Shown: positions 47,008-60,600 of the stretch, piece by piece
How the letters are laid out: each line of letters opens with the position of its first letter
How positions within the stretch are numbered: position 1 is the first letter of the stretch
Origin: Azolla caroliniana
Lineage: Eukaryota > Plantae > Polypodiophyta
Length of the DNA: 64,000 bases
Direction: 5' to 3'
NCBI GenBank assembly: GCA_043228905.1
Contig: JBHGNT010000001.1
Span: 26,908,001 to 26,972,000 of the forward strand
Notes under the pieces: generated by a model
Seen by the model: the letters and a program-made list of their open reading frames with translations, nothing else
Database searches by the model: none
Told to the model about the DNA's origin: nothing
Made by a program: the position numbers and the translations under genes

Positions 47008-47250
47008 AATGGAATATCAGGCAATACATTCTTAAACATGCATAGATTGGTGCTAATGGAAAATCTGTCTTAATTGTTAATGTGTATCAGGGTTAGAACC
47101 TGGTGATAGACAATGCTTGCATTAATCCATAGGTCTGGGTTCATATTCCACCACTGACTATAATTTTTGAGATGATCTTGTAGGATTCGATCACATTAAC
47201 CCTCTCTTGCTCAACAAAACCTCTACATGATTTTTTACATTCTTGTGACA

Positions 47251-47918
47251 TTAGGAAATAGACAACCCCACACTCATGTTCCAAAAACCAATCTCAAATG
47301 ATAAAACTTCAACGAATACTCCTACTACTTGTTATTGAACATGTGTCAGACACTTCAGAAGATACTTATCAGCGAGCCTTTCCAACGATTGGCAATACCT
47401 TTTAAAATCCAAACTTCCCCATCGCTTGCATGCAATTTCGAGCTCTAGTGGTGTCCTTGAACCAGGTCCCAAACAATATGCAAAGTTATCATTATATACC
47501 ACTTCAATTGCCCACGGTGCTGCTAGAGCAATAGCAAAATCGGTATGAGATTCGGAGAGCTCCTCAAGGTATCTACAATAATTAATGTTTGCAACCTGAA
47601 GAGGAATCTGAACAAACTAAAGGTCCCATGTGGATGCCTCGCCCCGAAACCACGAAATCTCTTCCTCTAAGGAACATAACCCTCCAAGTATATATCAATG
47701 TCAGCTTCCTCTGCATCTTTTGGCACTTTCACAAGGATACTTGCTATAAATCTAACAAATTCTCTTACAAAAAAATAGTCTTGACCCAACCAAGTTTTGA
47801 AGCAATGGAGGTCTAGGGATCCATCACGTATGTTGAGAAGAAAGGGGTGGCGAGTAGCTAATTTATAGAGCTCCTTGTGGGTTCCAATCCATCCATGCGT
47901 TATGGATTCCTCAGCCAT
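47251..47918 (-). pseudogene. TENA_E: Intronless TENA_E (TenA/THI-4 family, thiamine salvage) pseudogene
   Basis: MAEESITHGWIGTHKELYKLATRHPFLLNIRDGSLDLHCFKTWLGQDYFFVREF.. then a frameshift at ~47690 into ILGGLCSLEEEISWFRGEASTWDL*..WAIEVVY..FAYCL..ACKRWG..EIGFWNMS; two in-frame stops. Matches plant TENA_E motifs. Confidence 0.9.
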
Positions 47919-47979
47919 CACATCACATGGCACATGCCACAACCAAATCTTCTCACAAAAAAGCAACCTAATGATCCAC

Positions 47980-49330
47980 TCTCTCTCTCTCTCTCTCTCG
48001 TGATTCTCTCAAAATCTTTCTCCCTTCTTTCTATCTCTAGTATTAATCCTCTCTGTCTCTAATACTAGTCATGACATCTACAAACCATGACAAAACATCA
48101 TATGCTGCTATTCTTGGTGGGAACGATGTTATTAGGGATGATTATGATATTGACAGTCATCATGATTTTGTTAAGGCTTTGCTTTCTGATTTTATTGAAA
48201 AAAATGAAAAAGATGCTAAAGATTGTGTGGAAGAGGATGTTGTAGAGGTGGTGATGGAGACCAAGTCTATGTTAGCAACCTTTGGTAGGTTCTATGATCG
48301 TGGTGTTATTTTGTAGTTCATTAGCAAAGCTTCCTTTGGTATCATGGATTAAGTAGTGGTTGAATTCATTCATAATGCCTAATTGTGTTGAGGATGTGTA
48401 TGTGGGTTCAAGAGGTTTCTATGATGTGGTTTTTCAATCTTCAGAACACTGTACGACCTTGTTATGTACACATAACGTTGGTGAGGGTAGGTCACTAATA
48501 TTTACATTAGTGAAGGGTATGTTCACTATTATTAAAAAGGGGACTAATGATTGGATAGAATGAATGATATGTGCATGCACTATCATGATTTAGACAACCA
48601 ATGAATAGAGAGCCTTTTAGAAAGGCACATCTATTCAAGGGGCCTAGGAAAAGGTATAAATATGAGGCTTAGCTACCCTCATAAGGACCATCACGTCGGA
48701 AGGCTGCTGTCGTAGACACCGGTGGTGCGGGCTAGGCTTTCGTCTCGACGATCGTGTTTATCTCTTCCAAGGTATTAGTCATCCTAATATCCGGCGGTAT
48801 GGGACGTCGGTGGTAGGTTGGCTATGTCTAGATCATAGCTCGGGGGTGGTCGGGTGGAACGGGTTCTTCTATCCAATCTATTTTCTTCCTTATTACTTGA
48901 TTTGGTCTATTGATTAGTAATAGACTCTTAACAGACCTTGATGGCAATGGTACCAATGTTTTTTTATAGAAGATTAGTGCATGTGATGGAATGGTTCCGG
49001 TGGTGGATTATAAAGATTTATTAAAACAACAATGTCCAATTTGGGTGATCGTTGATTGTAGTAACTCATTCTTTTGGGATTTACTACCAGAATTGATGTC
49101 TCAAATTGGTAAAGTTTTGGTTGCTCCTCATGTTAATTCATTGAACAAATGTAGATTTTGCATGTTATGGGATACAAGTTGTAAACTTCCAGGATGGGTG
49201 AATATAGATACATCTTGATTTGGTCAATTTGGTTTTAAGCTTCAATGGGAGACTTTTGTAAGACATTGTTTTAAATGTGGTTAATTGGGGCATTTTATGG
49301 TTGAATGTCAATATCATGGTGAACTATCAT
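47980..49330 (+). mobile_element. Degenerate L1 5' region and ORF1 (DUF4283 plus zinc knuckle)
   Basis: (TC)n leader; SYAAIL, RGFYDVVF, CPIWV..IGKVL and HCFKCG*LGHFMVEC. Confidence 0.75.
48460..48933 (+). mobile_element. Solo LTR inside the L1 ORF1
   Basis: TGTTA...TAACA ends; TSD GACCT on both sides; tataaat TATA. Confidence 0.88.
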
Positions 49331-49576
49331 TTTACGTTTTTAGGGACTACAACACATTGATTGGAATATGCATAATGCTTTTATATTTGATAATAGACAT
49401 GGGGTGAAAGCCTATATAAAGAAGTTGAAAGGTATTCTCATGTGGAATTTGTAGATGTTAGAGCATGTGGGGATCATTTCCTCAAATGCATATTCAAGTT
49501 TTTTAATGGCATTACAAGACGTCCATCTCCCTACATAGGCATATGATAGGTAGAGGAGACTAAGCAATGTTATAAC

Positions 49577-50164
49577 TGTTGAATATGTGATCGGCCACAA
49601 CCGATTACCAATCACAAACGAGAAAGACAGAAAACTGAAATAATAGAAAATGATGCACTAACACAGATACACAAGATATTAACGTGGGAACCCTAAAATG
49701 GGAAAAACCATGGGAGCCCATAGACTCTGAAACAAAATCACTATATCGAGAGGAATACAATAAGAAACTCTAAGCCGACAACCTTAGGCTCTTCTTTGTC
49801 CACAAATAGTTACAAAGTTACAACTCTCTCTCACACTCTCTCTTCCACTAGTTACAAAGGCAACTACACTAGTTCACTACAATACACACTAATGATTCTA
49901 CACACTATAATGATTTTCCCTAAGTTTATTTATACTCATACACAATATGGGCAATTTACAAATATAGCCCACTAAGGGCACATTGACGCTATTTCCAAAT
50001 ATAGCCCCGAGTCAGCTTCAACCGATTCGACTATTTATCAAATCAATTATTACTCCAATTCGGCCTCAACTGAATCGGGAATCGATCGATTTTTCGGCCT
50101 CAACCGAGTTGTTGTCGACCGATTCAACTTATCTTTCCATCCGGAGGGACCAATTTTCCCAACA
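49577..50164 (-). mobile_element. Solo copia LTR related to element D
   Basis: TGTTG..CAACA ends; TSD ATAAC; the minus strand begins tgttggg..ggtccctccggatgg like the D LTR. Confidence 0.9.
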
Positions 50165-50240
50165 ATAACTAAGTGAATTTTACATACAATTAACATAATT
50201 GTGTACTTTTACCAAAGAGAAAGAGAAAAAGAGGTCTAGG

Positions 50241-50483
50241 TGGATGTAGCTCAATGGAGACTACGAGGTCATGGGTTCAACCCCTACGTAGAGTATGTAA
50301 TAGAGAGGTGAGACAATTGGGTTTTGAACCCAAGACATAGTGATTGTACTGTAACAACTTACCACTAGGGTAAGCTCATTACGATGAGAGAGAAAGAGAG
50401 AGATCATGCCCAGATGGATGTAGCTCAATTGGTAAGGTTGCCCAATGTAGACCAAGTTGTCATGGGTTCAACCCCTACATTTC
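50241..50483. repeat. Cluster of degenerate tRNA-derived (SINE-head-like) units in both orientations; further copies at ~47090, 51225 and 53050-53480
   Basis: ggatgTAGCTCAATTGGtaag...gtcatgGGTTCAACCCC; minus-strand cctagtggtaag...tcttgGGTTCGATTCC. Confidence 0.6.
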
Positions 50484-50494
50484 ATAGTGGCATC

Positions 50495-51167
50495 TAGCAA
50501 TGGGCCCGGTTTCGGCTCAAACCGAACAAAACCGAAAAACCGTGGCTTAACGGTTTATAGGTTCAAAGATAACTAAACAATTTGGTTTGGTTTCAAATGT
50601 TAGTAATCGGTTTTGAATTGACCGGTTTAGCGGTGTAGCGGTTTAGTGGCTTATCGATTTCTATTTATGTGGTTCGGTTTAAAGGTTTATAGGTTAAAAA
50701 ATACTCATAAATATTTTCTATAAGCTATAACTTTCAACTTTTAATTTTAAACTCTTGTTTTAACTTATTAATTTTTATATATATTATATGTAGAGTCTCT
50801 TTTTCATTTATGATGATCAATTATGATAAGTATGATGATCAAATTTATGATTAGTATAATGACCAAAATTATGATAAGTATGATGACAAATTTTATAATA
50901 AGTATAATAAGTATGATGAGTATGATAAATAAATTTATGATGATTTTTTCACACAAATTTATAATAAGTATAATGATTAATATCAATAAAAAATGGTTTG
51001 GTTTGGTTTGGTTTTAAATTTTTCGCAAACGGTTTGGTTTCTCCTATGCTTTAAACGGTTTGGTTTAATGGCTTCATAAATTTTAAAACAGTTTGGTTTG
51101 GTTTTTTTTATTAATAAATGTTTTGGTTTGGTTTGAAGGCCAAGAAACCGAACCGGGCCCATTGCTA
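50495..51167. mobile_element. hAT-type MITE
   Basis: TIR TAGCAATGGGCCCGGTT / AACCGGGCCCATTGCTA; 8-bp TSD GTGGCATC; subterminal aaaccg/cggttt repeats; AT-rich core. Confidence 0.92.
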
Positions 51168-53626
51168 GTGGCATCTGGTGAATTAAGAGATATGTATGAA
51201 GTATATAATAGAGAGGTGAGAAAATTGGGTATCAAACCGAAGATGTACCACTAGGGTAAGATACTTACGATAATAATAAAAAAGAGAACAATTATGAGGT
51301 CATCACGAATAATCATAAGGAGAGATTTAATTTATTCCTTTTGAGGTAGGTGATTGTTTTTCAACCAAGCATATAACCATAATTTAGAATAGATCAAACA
51401 AATTGTCTTACTCTTCTTGACCGAGTATATGCTAATAATTTTTTAGAAAGATCGAGCATATGAACAAATATTTGTAGGACTCTGACACATCTCTATTGTT
51501 ATTGTGGTTGAGGAAGAGGAGAGAATGTTAATGTCTTGGTAGGTGTTACTGGCATGAAGATTTACATGCATCATGGTGCATTGCCAACACCAAAACATAC
51601 GTTGTTGGCTTATTATACATGTCATACATTGACATGTTCCAATAGAGTCTAACCTTTTCATTTTCTGAGAAATAGGCGAGCTTTGTGTAAGCCGAAGTGC
51701 GGTTTGAAATTGGCCCACCTATATGTGAAAGAGAAGTTTATATTCCATCGATTCCACACACAACAATTATTTTCATTCATATATAAACAAAGATTTCTTT
51801 TTCAACATTTAGGAAAAATGTCTGAAATATGCTTGTACATGTCACAAATTTTATAAAGTATGATTGCGTACTCTCCAAACATGCCTGGGTAGTCAAAGTT
51901 CACATGAAAAAAAGATTAAGCACACAAGTCTATCTTTAAAAAAGTGAGGCTCACTAGGAAGGTTGTTCTTTATAATAAATAGGAGATTATTAATTTTTAA
52001 CTCATGGCAATGTTGGATTATTTATTGCTTTCTAATTAGAAAGGTGGGCTTGCCATGATCGGTTCATTCAAATCTTAATTACCTATGTGTGCTTTCATTA
52101 GAAAATCTGAGATAAACTTTACCTCGAGACCGGTCACACTTTATCACCTCTTCTAATTTTATGTAATTGTACATGTGTTGATTGGGCCATCGAATGCACT
52201 AACCAAAAGCATGTGTGTATGCTTCCTTAAGGTTTAGGGTTCCACAATTGGCAACAACATGTTGTCAGTCCAATGTAGCTGAGGTTCAATGTACGCTTAA
52301 CTGGCAAGTAAGGCTAACAAGCCGATTCCCATGGTGTTAGAATGGATCTTGTGTGTGTGTTTGTATGTGTGCAAATCACTTAACAAGGCCCATTGAGACT
52401 TAACAAGACCCATATTGACACACCAAAGAGCTCCACTATATTAGGATGCCTTTGTGAAATGCCCAATCTTAGAAGGCGAATTCCAACAAAGCATCAAAAC
52501 CTAATTTTGTCAGGGGAGATTTTATTTAGTGAACAACAAACACGAATCAAGGAACAAGGCAAGCAATGAGAAGGCCGTGATTAGAGTCATTTAACCAACA
52601 ACTAAAGAAACAAGGAAGGACTTAATAATATATGTAATGTACACATACACATACACATACACATACACATATACATACACTGTATAGAATGAACCATACG
52701 TATCATACGTGCATTCGCATTCGAGAATGATTTCAATCAAACGTGTATGATAAATCATCTCAAAGTTGGATTGGATTGACTAGGGTCTATATTATATATT
52801 GATTCACTCTCACTCCCAATAAGTGGACTCTAATCCATTGTGAACCACAAACATAAGTATGGTTGCAATATTTGCATTGTATCACATGCATACTTTTGGG
52901 ATGCGAATCAAGACATCTCTATCATCCTCACTTTAGAACTTTACAAAAAAATGAGTATGAACTACACAGATTGAATCAAAATATGTCATTATAAATTATA
53001 ATCAAACATTCAAAAACTCATAAAACGTATATTCGAGAATATAAAGAAAACATGACATAGGCAGTAGTAGCATAACAACTTTACCACTGGGGTGACCTAA
53101 TTTTTAATAGCAAAGAAAGAAAAAAAGAAATGATCAAAAACTCATAAAACAGATATTCGAGAATATGAAGAAAACATGACATAGGCAGTAGTAGCATAAC
53201 AACTTACCACATAAAATTTTGCCATGACACTAAACAAGAGGATATGAAAAAGTTGGGAATTGAACCCAAGACACAAGTAATAGTAGCACAACAACTTATC
53301 ACTAGGTTTTGCTTAGTTCTAATAATAGTAAAAAAAAAGAAAAAAAGTATTATAACACTAACATAAAAATTTGCTATGACTTGGTACTAATGAGAGAGAG
53401 AGAGAAAGAGATGAGACAATTAGGAATCGAACCCAAGACATAGGCAACAATAGCATGACTCCTTACCACTAGGTTGAGCCAAGTTGTAATGACAACAAAT
53501 GAAAAAAACAAAAAAATAAAAAGGAGCACGTATTTTTCCCATTTCAAACGTGTTCGTTTCCAAACGTTTGAATTCTTGCACGAACACGAATATTACGTTC
53601 TATGCATGATGATGATACACATGCAC

Positions 53627-53657
<31 letters not shown>

Positions 53658-53989
53658 TATACATATACATATACATTTATGTACATATATATATGTTTTG
53701 GATTTAATACTTCGTCTTCTCATTTTACCTGTCTTTCTTTCTTTCTCTCCCTCGGTTGCTTACTTTCCTTTGTTCATTCCAAACCCTAATCACCCCCCCC
53801 CTCTGACAGAATACAGACATCACCATCATCGCCTTCGCCCAAAACACACAGTATGTCTATGTCTCATGTTATTATTACCTTTCCTCTTTATTGTTTTCTT
53901 GCTTGTTCTTTCTTTCTTCTGCGTAACCCTAACCCTGATTCACGTTTTCCCTGGCAGAACACGTCGCCATCGCTGTTGCCTTCGCCACG

Positions 53990-54211
53990 ATGATCGAGGT
54001 GGTGTTGAACGACCGGCTGGGGAAGAAGGTGCGCGTGAAATGCAATGAAGACGACACCATCGGGGACCTGAAGAAGCTTGTGGCTGCCCAGACGGGGACT
54101 AGGCCCGAGAAGATTCGCATCCAGAAGTGGTACAACATCTACAAGGACCACATCACACTCAAAGACTACGAGATCCATGATGGTATGGGCCTTGAGCTTT
54201 ACTACAACTAA
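53990..54211 (+). CDS. UBL5: Ubiquitin-like protein 5 (Hub1), 73 aa; probable 5'UTR intron 53851-53957
   Basis: [38 protein letters not shown]...[12 protein letters not shown], with the diagnostic YY C-terminus. Confidence 0.98.
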   Translation: MIEVVLNDRLGKKVRVKCNEDDTIGDLKKLVAAQTGTRPEKIRIQKWYNIYKDHITLKDYEIHDGMGLELYYN

Positions 54212-56513
54212 ATCTGGAAGAGAAACTGTGGCTCGAATCACAAGTTCAACTCTCAAAAAGAAAAGAAAAAAGACTTACTTTTTATCCGATCATTTGTGTC
54301 TTGATCCATGTTAAGACATGGAGTGACCTTATATATACATACATAGGTAATTATTTTGTAGGTTTTCTTATTACTGCCACCATGGTGCAGTGTACTGTGG
54401 GATTGGATTGGATTGGGTATAAGTTGTAATATGATGGGGTTTAATTAAGTATTAACCTGTGGTTTTAATATGTTGTGAACAAGATTTGGAGGCTTTCGAT
54501 GTGTATTGAATATACAGGATGTATCTGTCTCCAGAATTCTAGGATGCTTATGGATATATAGGTTGTGTTGGGTGATTTCATATAGGATTAAACCTCTGAA
54601 TATATTTGAGAAATTTGGCATAGCTTTTGCATGTGTTTCAGTATGTGGTTTTGGATGATGTTGTTTTATGCTCTGCTTTATGATGAGTTCATGTATTTAA
54701 AACTCCTCCTGTATATGTATATAAGTCCGAGATATTGATTGGATCCTTGAGCTGTAAGACATGTTAAATTATAATCAAAGTAAAATAAAAAGTATCATCT
54801 TGTAAGGTATGGTCGATTTGTAGCTTGGATTGTATTAATGGTATTTTGCATTGATGTTGGTATATGTGTGCTAGATGGAGCGCTTATACTTGGTGTGAAT
54901 TTATGTATGTCAAATTGGATCTTTGCATAATTAAGCACCTTGTGTAGGAAAGGCCATGATTATGATAGGTAGGTTCATAATCTGCTTTATTTGGAGTCTG
55001 AATGCGCTACTTTGCTCTATGCTGCAATTTGCTATGAGCCATTTATGTTATATTGTGACAAGAGTAATAAATTAGATTGTTCTTCTCATGTGTGCTCTGT
55101 GTAACTTCCAACCATTGAAGATGACCAAATGTTTAAATAAATTATGCCTGCTATGGTGTAATTAAGAACGCAATGGCTCCAGATCACATGTTAGTTTGCC
55201 CTTGCCATGAAAAGTCTTTCTTACTAATTAGTCTTGTAGAGAGCGTAACTGTTGGCAGAATCAAACATTGTTACAAATAGGGCATAATTACATTTGCTGA
55301 ACAAAATGCCTCATCATGAGCACATACGTTTTCATAAATACTTAGTAATAGGCTAAACTAATTTTGAACTAATACAAGTTGGAAACTTGTTTACGAACTA
55401 CTCATCTACTTTAAAATGCATGAAATATTTGATCGTACAAGGGAAATATTAAAGAATATGAGCTTCTGATGCTTGAACCAATATTCTTTCAAATGCATGA
55501 AATAGGTGGTGTAGGAGTCATCGAATACCCTATTGTTTTAATTGCCTTCATCATTAAAGCAATCCCTCTTTAGATTTATACGCCAGTTTATATCAATTTC
55601 AATATTCCATTTGTTGTTCTATTAAAATTTATATATTCCATTGATTGCCTATGAAAAGCACATAGAAGTTTGGAGAAAAAACCTGCTCAGCTGGTTCCTT
55701 GTACACAAGTATATACATATAAGACTGATCTTCTATTTAACCCTGGATCAAAGAGAGAATGTAATAGGGCCAGTCGCTTGGACATATGTATATTTGTAAA
55801 TTTGGAATGGATTGGCAAAGCTCTATAATGTTTAGAAAATGTGATGCTGAGTAGTGTATTTGACAGATACTAATAAAGTTACCAAATTTTTGGTAACATG
55901 ATCTAGTAATAAAATTGTCAATACCCATATTTGGTTATTAGCATTCACATTTAAGTGGCTCATTGTTTTGTTTAAGTTTACATCTATAAGTAGTTAAATC
56001 ATCAATATGATCTCCACCCATGCATATAAAATGCACATAATTGTTGGTAACTTGACCTAGTAATAAAAGTGATTATATCTATTATCTATATATAATATAT
56101 TGGGTTATGGCCATTCCATTTAAGTGGTTCATTGTTTGGCTTTAGTTATCAACACAATCTCCACTGATGCATATATATGATATTCAAGATAATTTGCAAA
56201 ATAAACAAGCAAACCTTTGAAGTTTCTCATTCAGATAAGTTTCCTTATCTTATAATCTGAAGATATAGAATGATAAGCCTGGTTAGTTTTGCATAAAATA
56301 GTCACTAGCTACCCTCAAAACACACATCATTGAAAAGTTTCAATCTGAAGACGTAGAAAGATGATGATGAGCCTGGTTAGTTTTGAATAAAAGAGTCGCT
56401 AGCTTCTTCAAAACATAAAATAGACCATTTACAGCATAGCATGGCTTGGTGACGTTTGTACATTTACCATTCACCCCGTTCAACTAAAATGCTAAAAAAA
56501 ATGAGAAGATTAA

Positions 56514-56618
56514 AATGCAATTGACCCCTTTACATAATACAATGCTATAGACCCCTTTATATAATACAATGCTATTGACCCCTTTCCATAATGCAATGAT
56601 ATTGACCCCTTTCCAAAA
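56514..56618. repeat. 30-bp minisatellite, ~3.5 copies
   Basis: aatgctattgacccctttncataatac repeated. Confidence 0.85.
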
Positions 56619-57605
56619 AATGACATCTTAAAGTATTGAATCCTATTACCCATTTCAATAATACAATGCTGTGGATAAATCATCCCACATGGAAGCTTTA
56701 CCAAGAACCAAGTATTGGTAATGCTCATATTTACTTTTATTGACAGTTACAAAACTAACCATTAAAAATTTCATCATTACATAAAATATTGTTCAAATAT
56801 TTGAATGTTACAATGTTTCTCTTCACAAAATTAGCACCTTTGCCAATATTATTTATATACATTAAAATAAGTTCATATTAAAAAATAATGGCGGTGGCAA
56901 AGATTTAATGTAGCAAAGCAGTTTGGTTGGCTGAATGTTAATTGTTCAAGGACCCAACCACTGACTCAAATGTGATGAAGATAACACTGTGTCGCCCAGT
57001 TTTGAACGATATCTGATCAGATAAAACTGTATATATAGATATATGATTGTTAATGATCCATCATCAATCATACGTATATATACGGGTGTGTATGTGTGAA
57101 TTGTTGAACTACGAAGAGATGAAAACCACTGTATTTTCGTATTCTTCAAGCTAAGAATGTTGAAATTTTGAATTCAGTTATTAGCTGTACTCTTGTACAA
57201 AGATACTACATGACCAGGTAAAACGTAACAAGCTCTGAATGTCCGTTTTGCATGACCATGAAACGCTCTCATTCCCACCTTATAAAAGAATGTTGAGAGG
57301 AAGTTGCGGGTTCCTCTTGCCAAATAATGCATTGGTTTAATATATCCACTATAGACATTGACTACCCTGAAGAAGGAAATGTTAAGGTCACAATTAGATG
57401 CTAAATTTGGTAGTCAACTTCTCATAAACTTTCCATTCTTTTCAGTTGGAAATTTACTAGCCATCATTAACATTCTTAAATCGAGTCTTTCACTCCATTT
57501 CTATGGTTGACAGTGTCGAAGCATTCAAAGAAATTATGCATCGCATATGATTGATTTTGGTAGAAAGATGTCAAGGCTTTAATAATCTCAGCGTGTTCAC
57601 AAAGG

Positions 57606-60600
57606 TTAGGATTCAATTTCTAGACGACTATGCAAGTAATAAGAAATGATAACCTTGTTCCTCAAACTGATGTGTTCTCGCAATCGAGCAAGTAGATGTT
57701 GGAGGCTTATTGTCCAGACCAAATCGGTATCCGACGACACCATCACATGGTCACTTACAGGAATATTAGATGTGCTAATAAGGCCACCAAATTCCATCGA
57801 AGTCTTGTCTGTGATAATCATGAAAAGTAAATATTAATCTGGCAAACTATGGGATTTCACAAATAAAAATTAAAACGATGTGTATGCATACCTAGATCCC
57901 ACTTTAGACCAGATGTCGTAGTGCTGAGAGATGAACCACTCAGAGGCAAAAGACCACAATAAGGACCTTCCACAGATGGATTTATCTTAATTTCATGCTT
58001 ATGGCCCTTTGGAAGGAGAAAAGTCATGCTTTCATCACTTAAGAGAATGACTCTAAGTTTCCGGAATAGATACAGAGAATTGAGATTTGCAAACTCATGG
58101 TCTAATCGTCCACCTAATGCACCCAGCACAAGAAGCTTCATCTGAAAGGAGATAGAGATATTAATTCATAAAAAAGTAACCACAAAAAAGTATATCATCC
58201 TGATTCCCTGTAATTTTAATGACAGGACGTTCACAAAAGAGAATCATATTTCTCAATGCAAGTCATGCATAGTATATCATTCTGATTCCCTGTAAGTTTT
58301 AACCTCAGGAAGTTAGCAAAAGATAACCATATTTCTCAATGCAAGCCAAGAAAAGTATATCATCCTCATTCCTTCTATTGATTTTCATTTGAATACCTTA
58401 ATGGTGACAGCTTTAGCTTGCATCCATCATTGACATTAATTTACATAAGAATTTTCACAGAAGCTTATCTAAAAGGAGTAGAAAAAAATGTGATACAGCT
58501 AAAAAACAATGTATGCTTGTTACCATCAATTAAAAAATCTGAGAGATGTATACAATGTTTTCTCATCTTAACTGAACTGTATTATGCCAAAAATGCTTGT
58601 CATCACTAATTAATGGTCTGAGAGATGTTTAAAGAGAACTATATATAAAGAGAGACAGCTAAAACAAAATATACGCTTGTTACCATCAAAGAAATATCTG
58701 AAAGATGTAGTGAACTTTTTTGTGCCAAAAATGTTTCACCACTAACTAAAGGTCTGAGAGATGCATAAATGTTTTCTAATCTTAAGCAAACTGTATAATG
58801 GCAGAAAAATACGGCATGTTGTAAATTATCATGATTAAAAATATTTGTGCACTCCAAGCTCAAAAGAAATTTATTTACTGCTAGATTTATTCTCAAGATT
58901 AATATTGCTTACATTTCCTTCATCAACATCTTCCATGCTCTCTTTGACATAAGAAAGACATTTCGAAAGGTCCGTTGTTTCTTGATCATCTGAATTATCC
59001 AAGATTTCTGTCCCCTAAATAGATATTTAATATGGTTTAGTTCCATTACTTAGAAAAGCTAGCAACAACGAAAACTAGATGAGCTATGCATGGATAAATT
59101 GCACATAAAAGTGTCAAGAAGCCACAGAACACTGGGTTGGAATTCAATCAATCATGCTGGGTTTAGAGAGGGTTTTCCATATATATGCTAGGTCTAGCTG
59201 GATATCATTTGGGCCTACCAGCAAAGTCACCCCCCCCTTAAAACTCCAACATAAATCACATCTTTGATAGGGCAGCAATAAGCTTAAAGAAGATTATGTA
59301 ACAACTAGTTTCAACAAGCCACACAACACTGGGTTGGGATTATGTAATTGACAAAGCAACAAAGAAAACTAGCTGAGCTATAAGTTTTCATGTATGGATG
59401 AATTGCAGATACCACAGTGTCAACAAGCCACGCAACACTGGGTTGGGATTCAATCAATCATGTTGACTTTAGAGTGGGTTTTCCATATATATGCTACGTC
59501 TAGCTAGATATCATTTGGGCCTACCAACAAAGTCACCACTCCCATAAAAGTCCAACATAAATCACATCTTTGATAGGGCAGCAATAAGCTTAAAGACGAT
59601 TATGTAACAACTACTATCACAAAGGCGTAGATAAAGCTTAGCACCATCAGAAGAATTTAAATCTAGAAAGGGAAACCAAAGGGTTTCTAAACTAGAAAGG
59701 AGAAACTTTAGAGAATGCTGTATTTATGAATAAAATACTTATTACACTTACTAGCATGGCATAGAAATCTTTCACTTCAGAGCGAATAGAATCCAAATCC
59801 CCCTTGATGATATCTGGCTTGTATCTAGACATTTTACAAGGCCACACATGAATAACTTGTTAAAATGTGATGCAAGACTAATAGATTAATGATGAGATAG
59901 CCTGTATCTAAACATTTTTACAAGGTCACACATGAAAAACTTGTTACAAAGTAACACATGCCTCATTGATAAATAATGAGAAAAGTAAGGAATCCTCTAT
60001 TGTAAAGGAAGAAATGTGTACCTTTGGAAAGTAATAATAATAATGTTCAATGCATAATATTTACATGTTCACAAACTCATTATGAGCTAAATTATAGGAA
60101 ATGACAATCTACCGGATGCGCCTGAAATTTTGGTGATATCAATGCACTAATATTGTATTCTTTGTTAACACCACTTCATATACATAAGCAAAGAGATAAA
60201 AAAAAAAAAGCATAAAAAATATCCCCTTCTCAGAACCTAGAGATTTCCTGTTCTAAACTACTTATAAAAATCTCAAAATTAATGCACCTTCATCTCAAAT
60301 AAAAATGTGAGTTTAAAAAGGCATGCTCCAATACAAAAATGCTTAAATATTACAAATCTCCTGAGAAATATATTATCTTTTCTTATCCATTAAAATATCC
60401 TTAGATAATAATGAGGAAAACAATTATTACAAATATCACAATTTGTCACCATAAGTGTAATCAAGAGGGTAAGATATGACCTTGGAAGATCATTTCCAAT
60501 CAAATAACAAGAGACACAATTCATTGATACGACAGTCAGCAAAACATTAGTTCTTTCTTACCTTTGTCTAACTATAAAAGGGTCCTCAGATGGTAAGAAA

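Noticed and set aside
50416-50483. Functional tRNA-Tyr gene
   Set aside because: Anticodon and T stems do not pair properly; treated as a tRNA-derived repeat.
53602-54314. Overlapping 148-aa and 122-aa ORFs around UBL5
   Set aside because: They derive from microsatellite, intron pyrimidine tracts and the antisense of UBL5.
55000-57600. TPP riboswitch in the TPK 3' region (also an aacctgatca motif at ~6760)
   Set aside because: Only isolated CTGAGA or AACCTGAT words; no complete aptamer in the right order and spacing. An Rfam RF00059 scan would be definitive.
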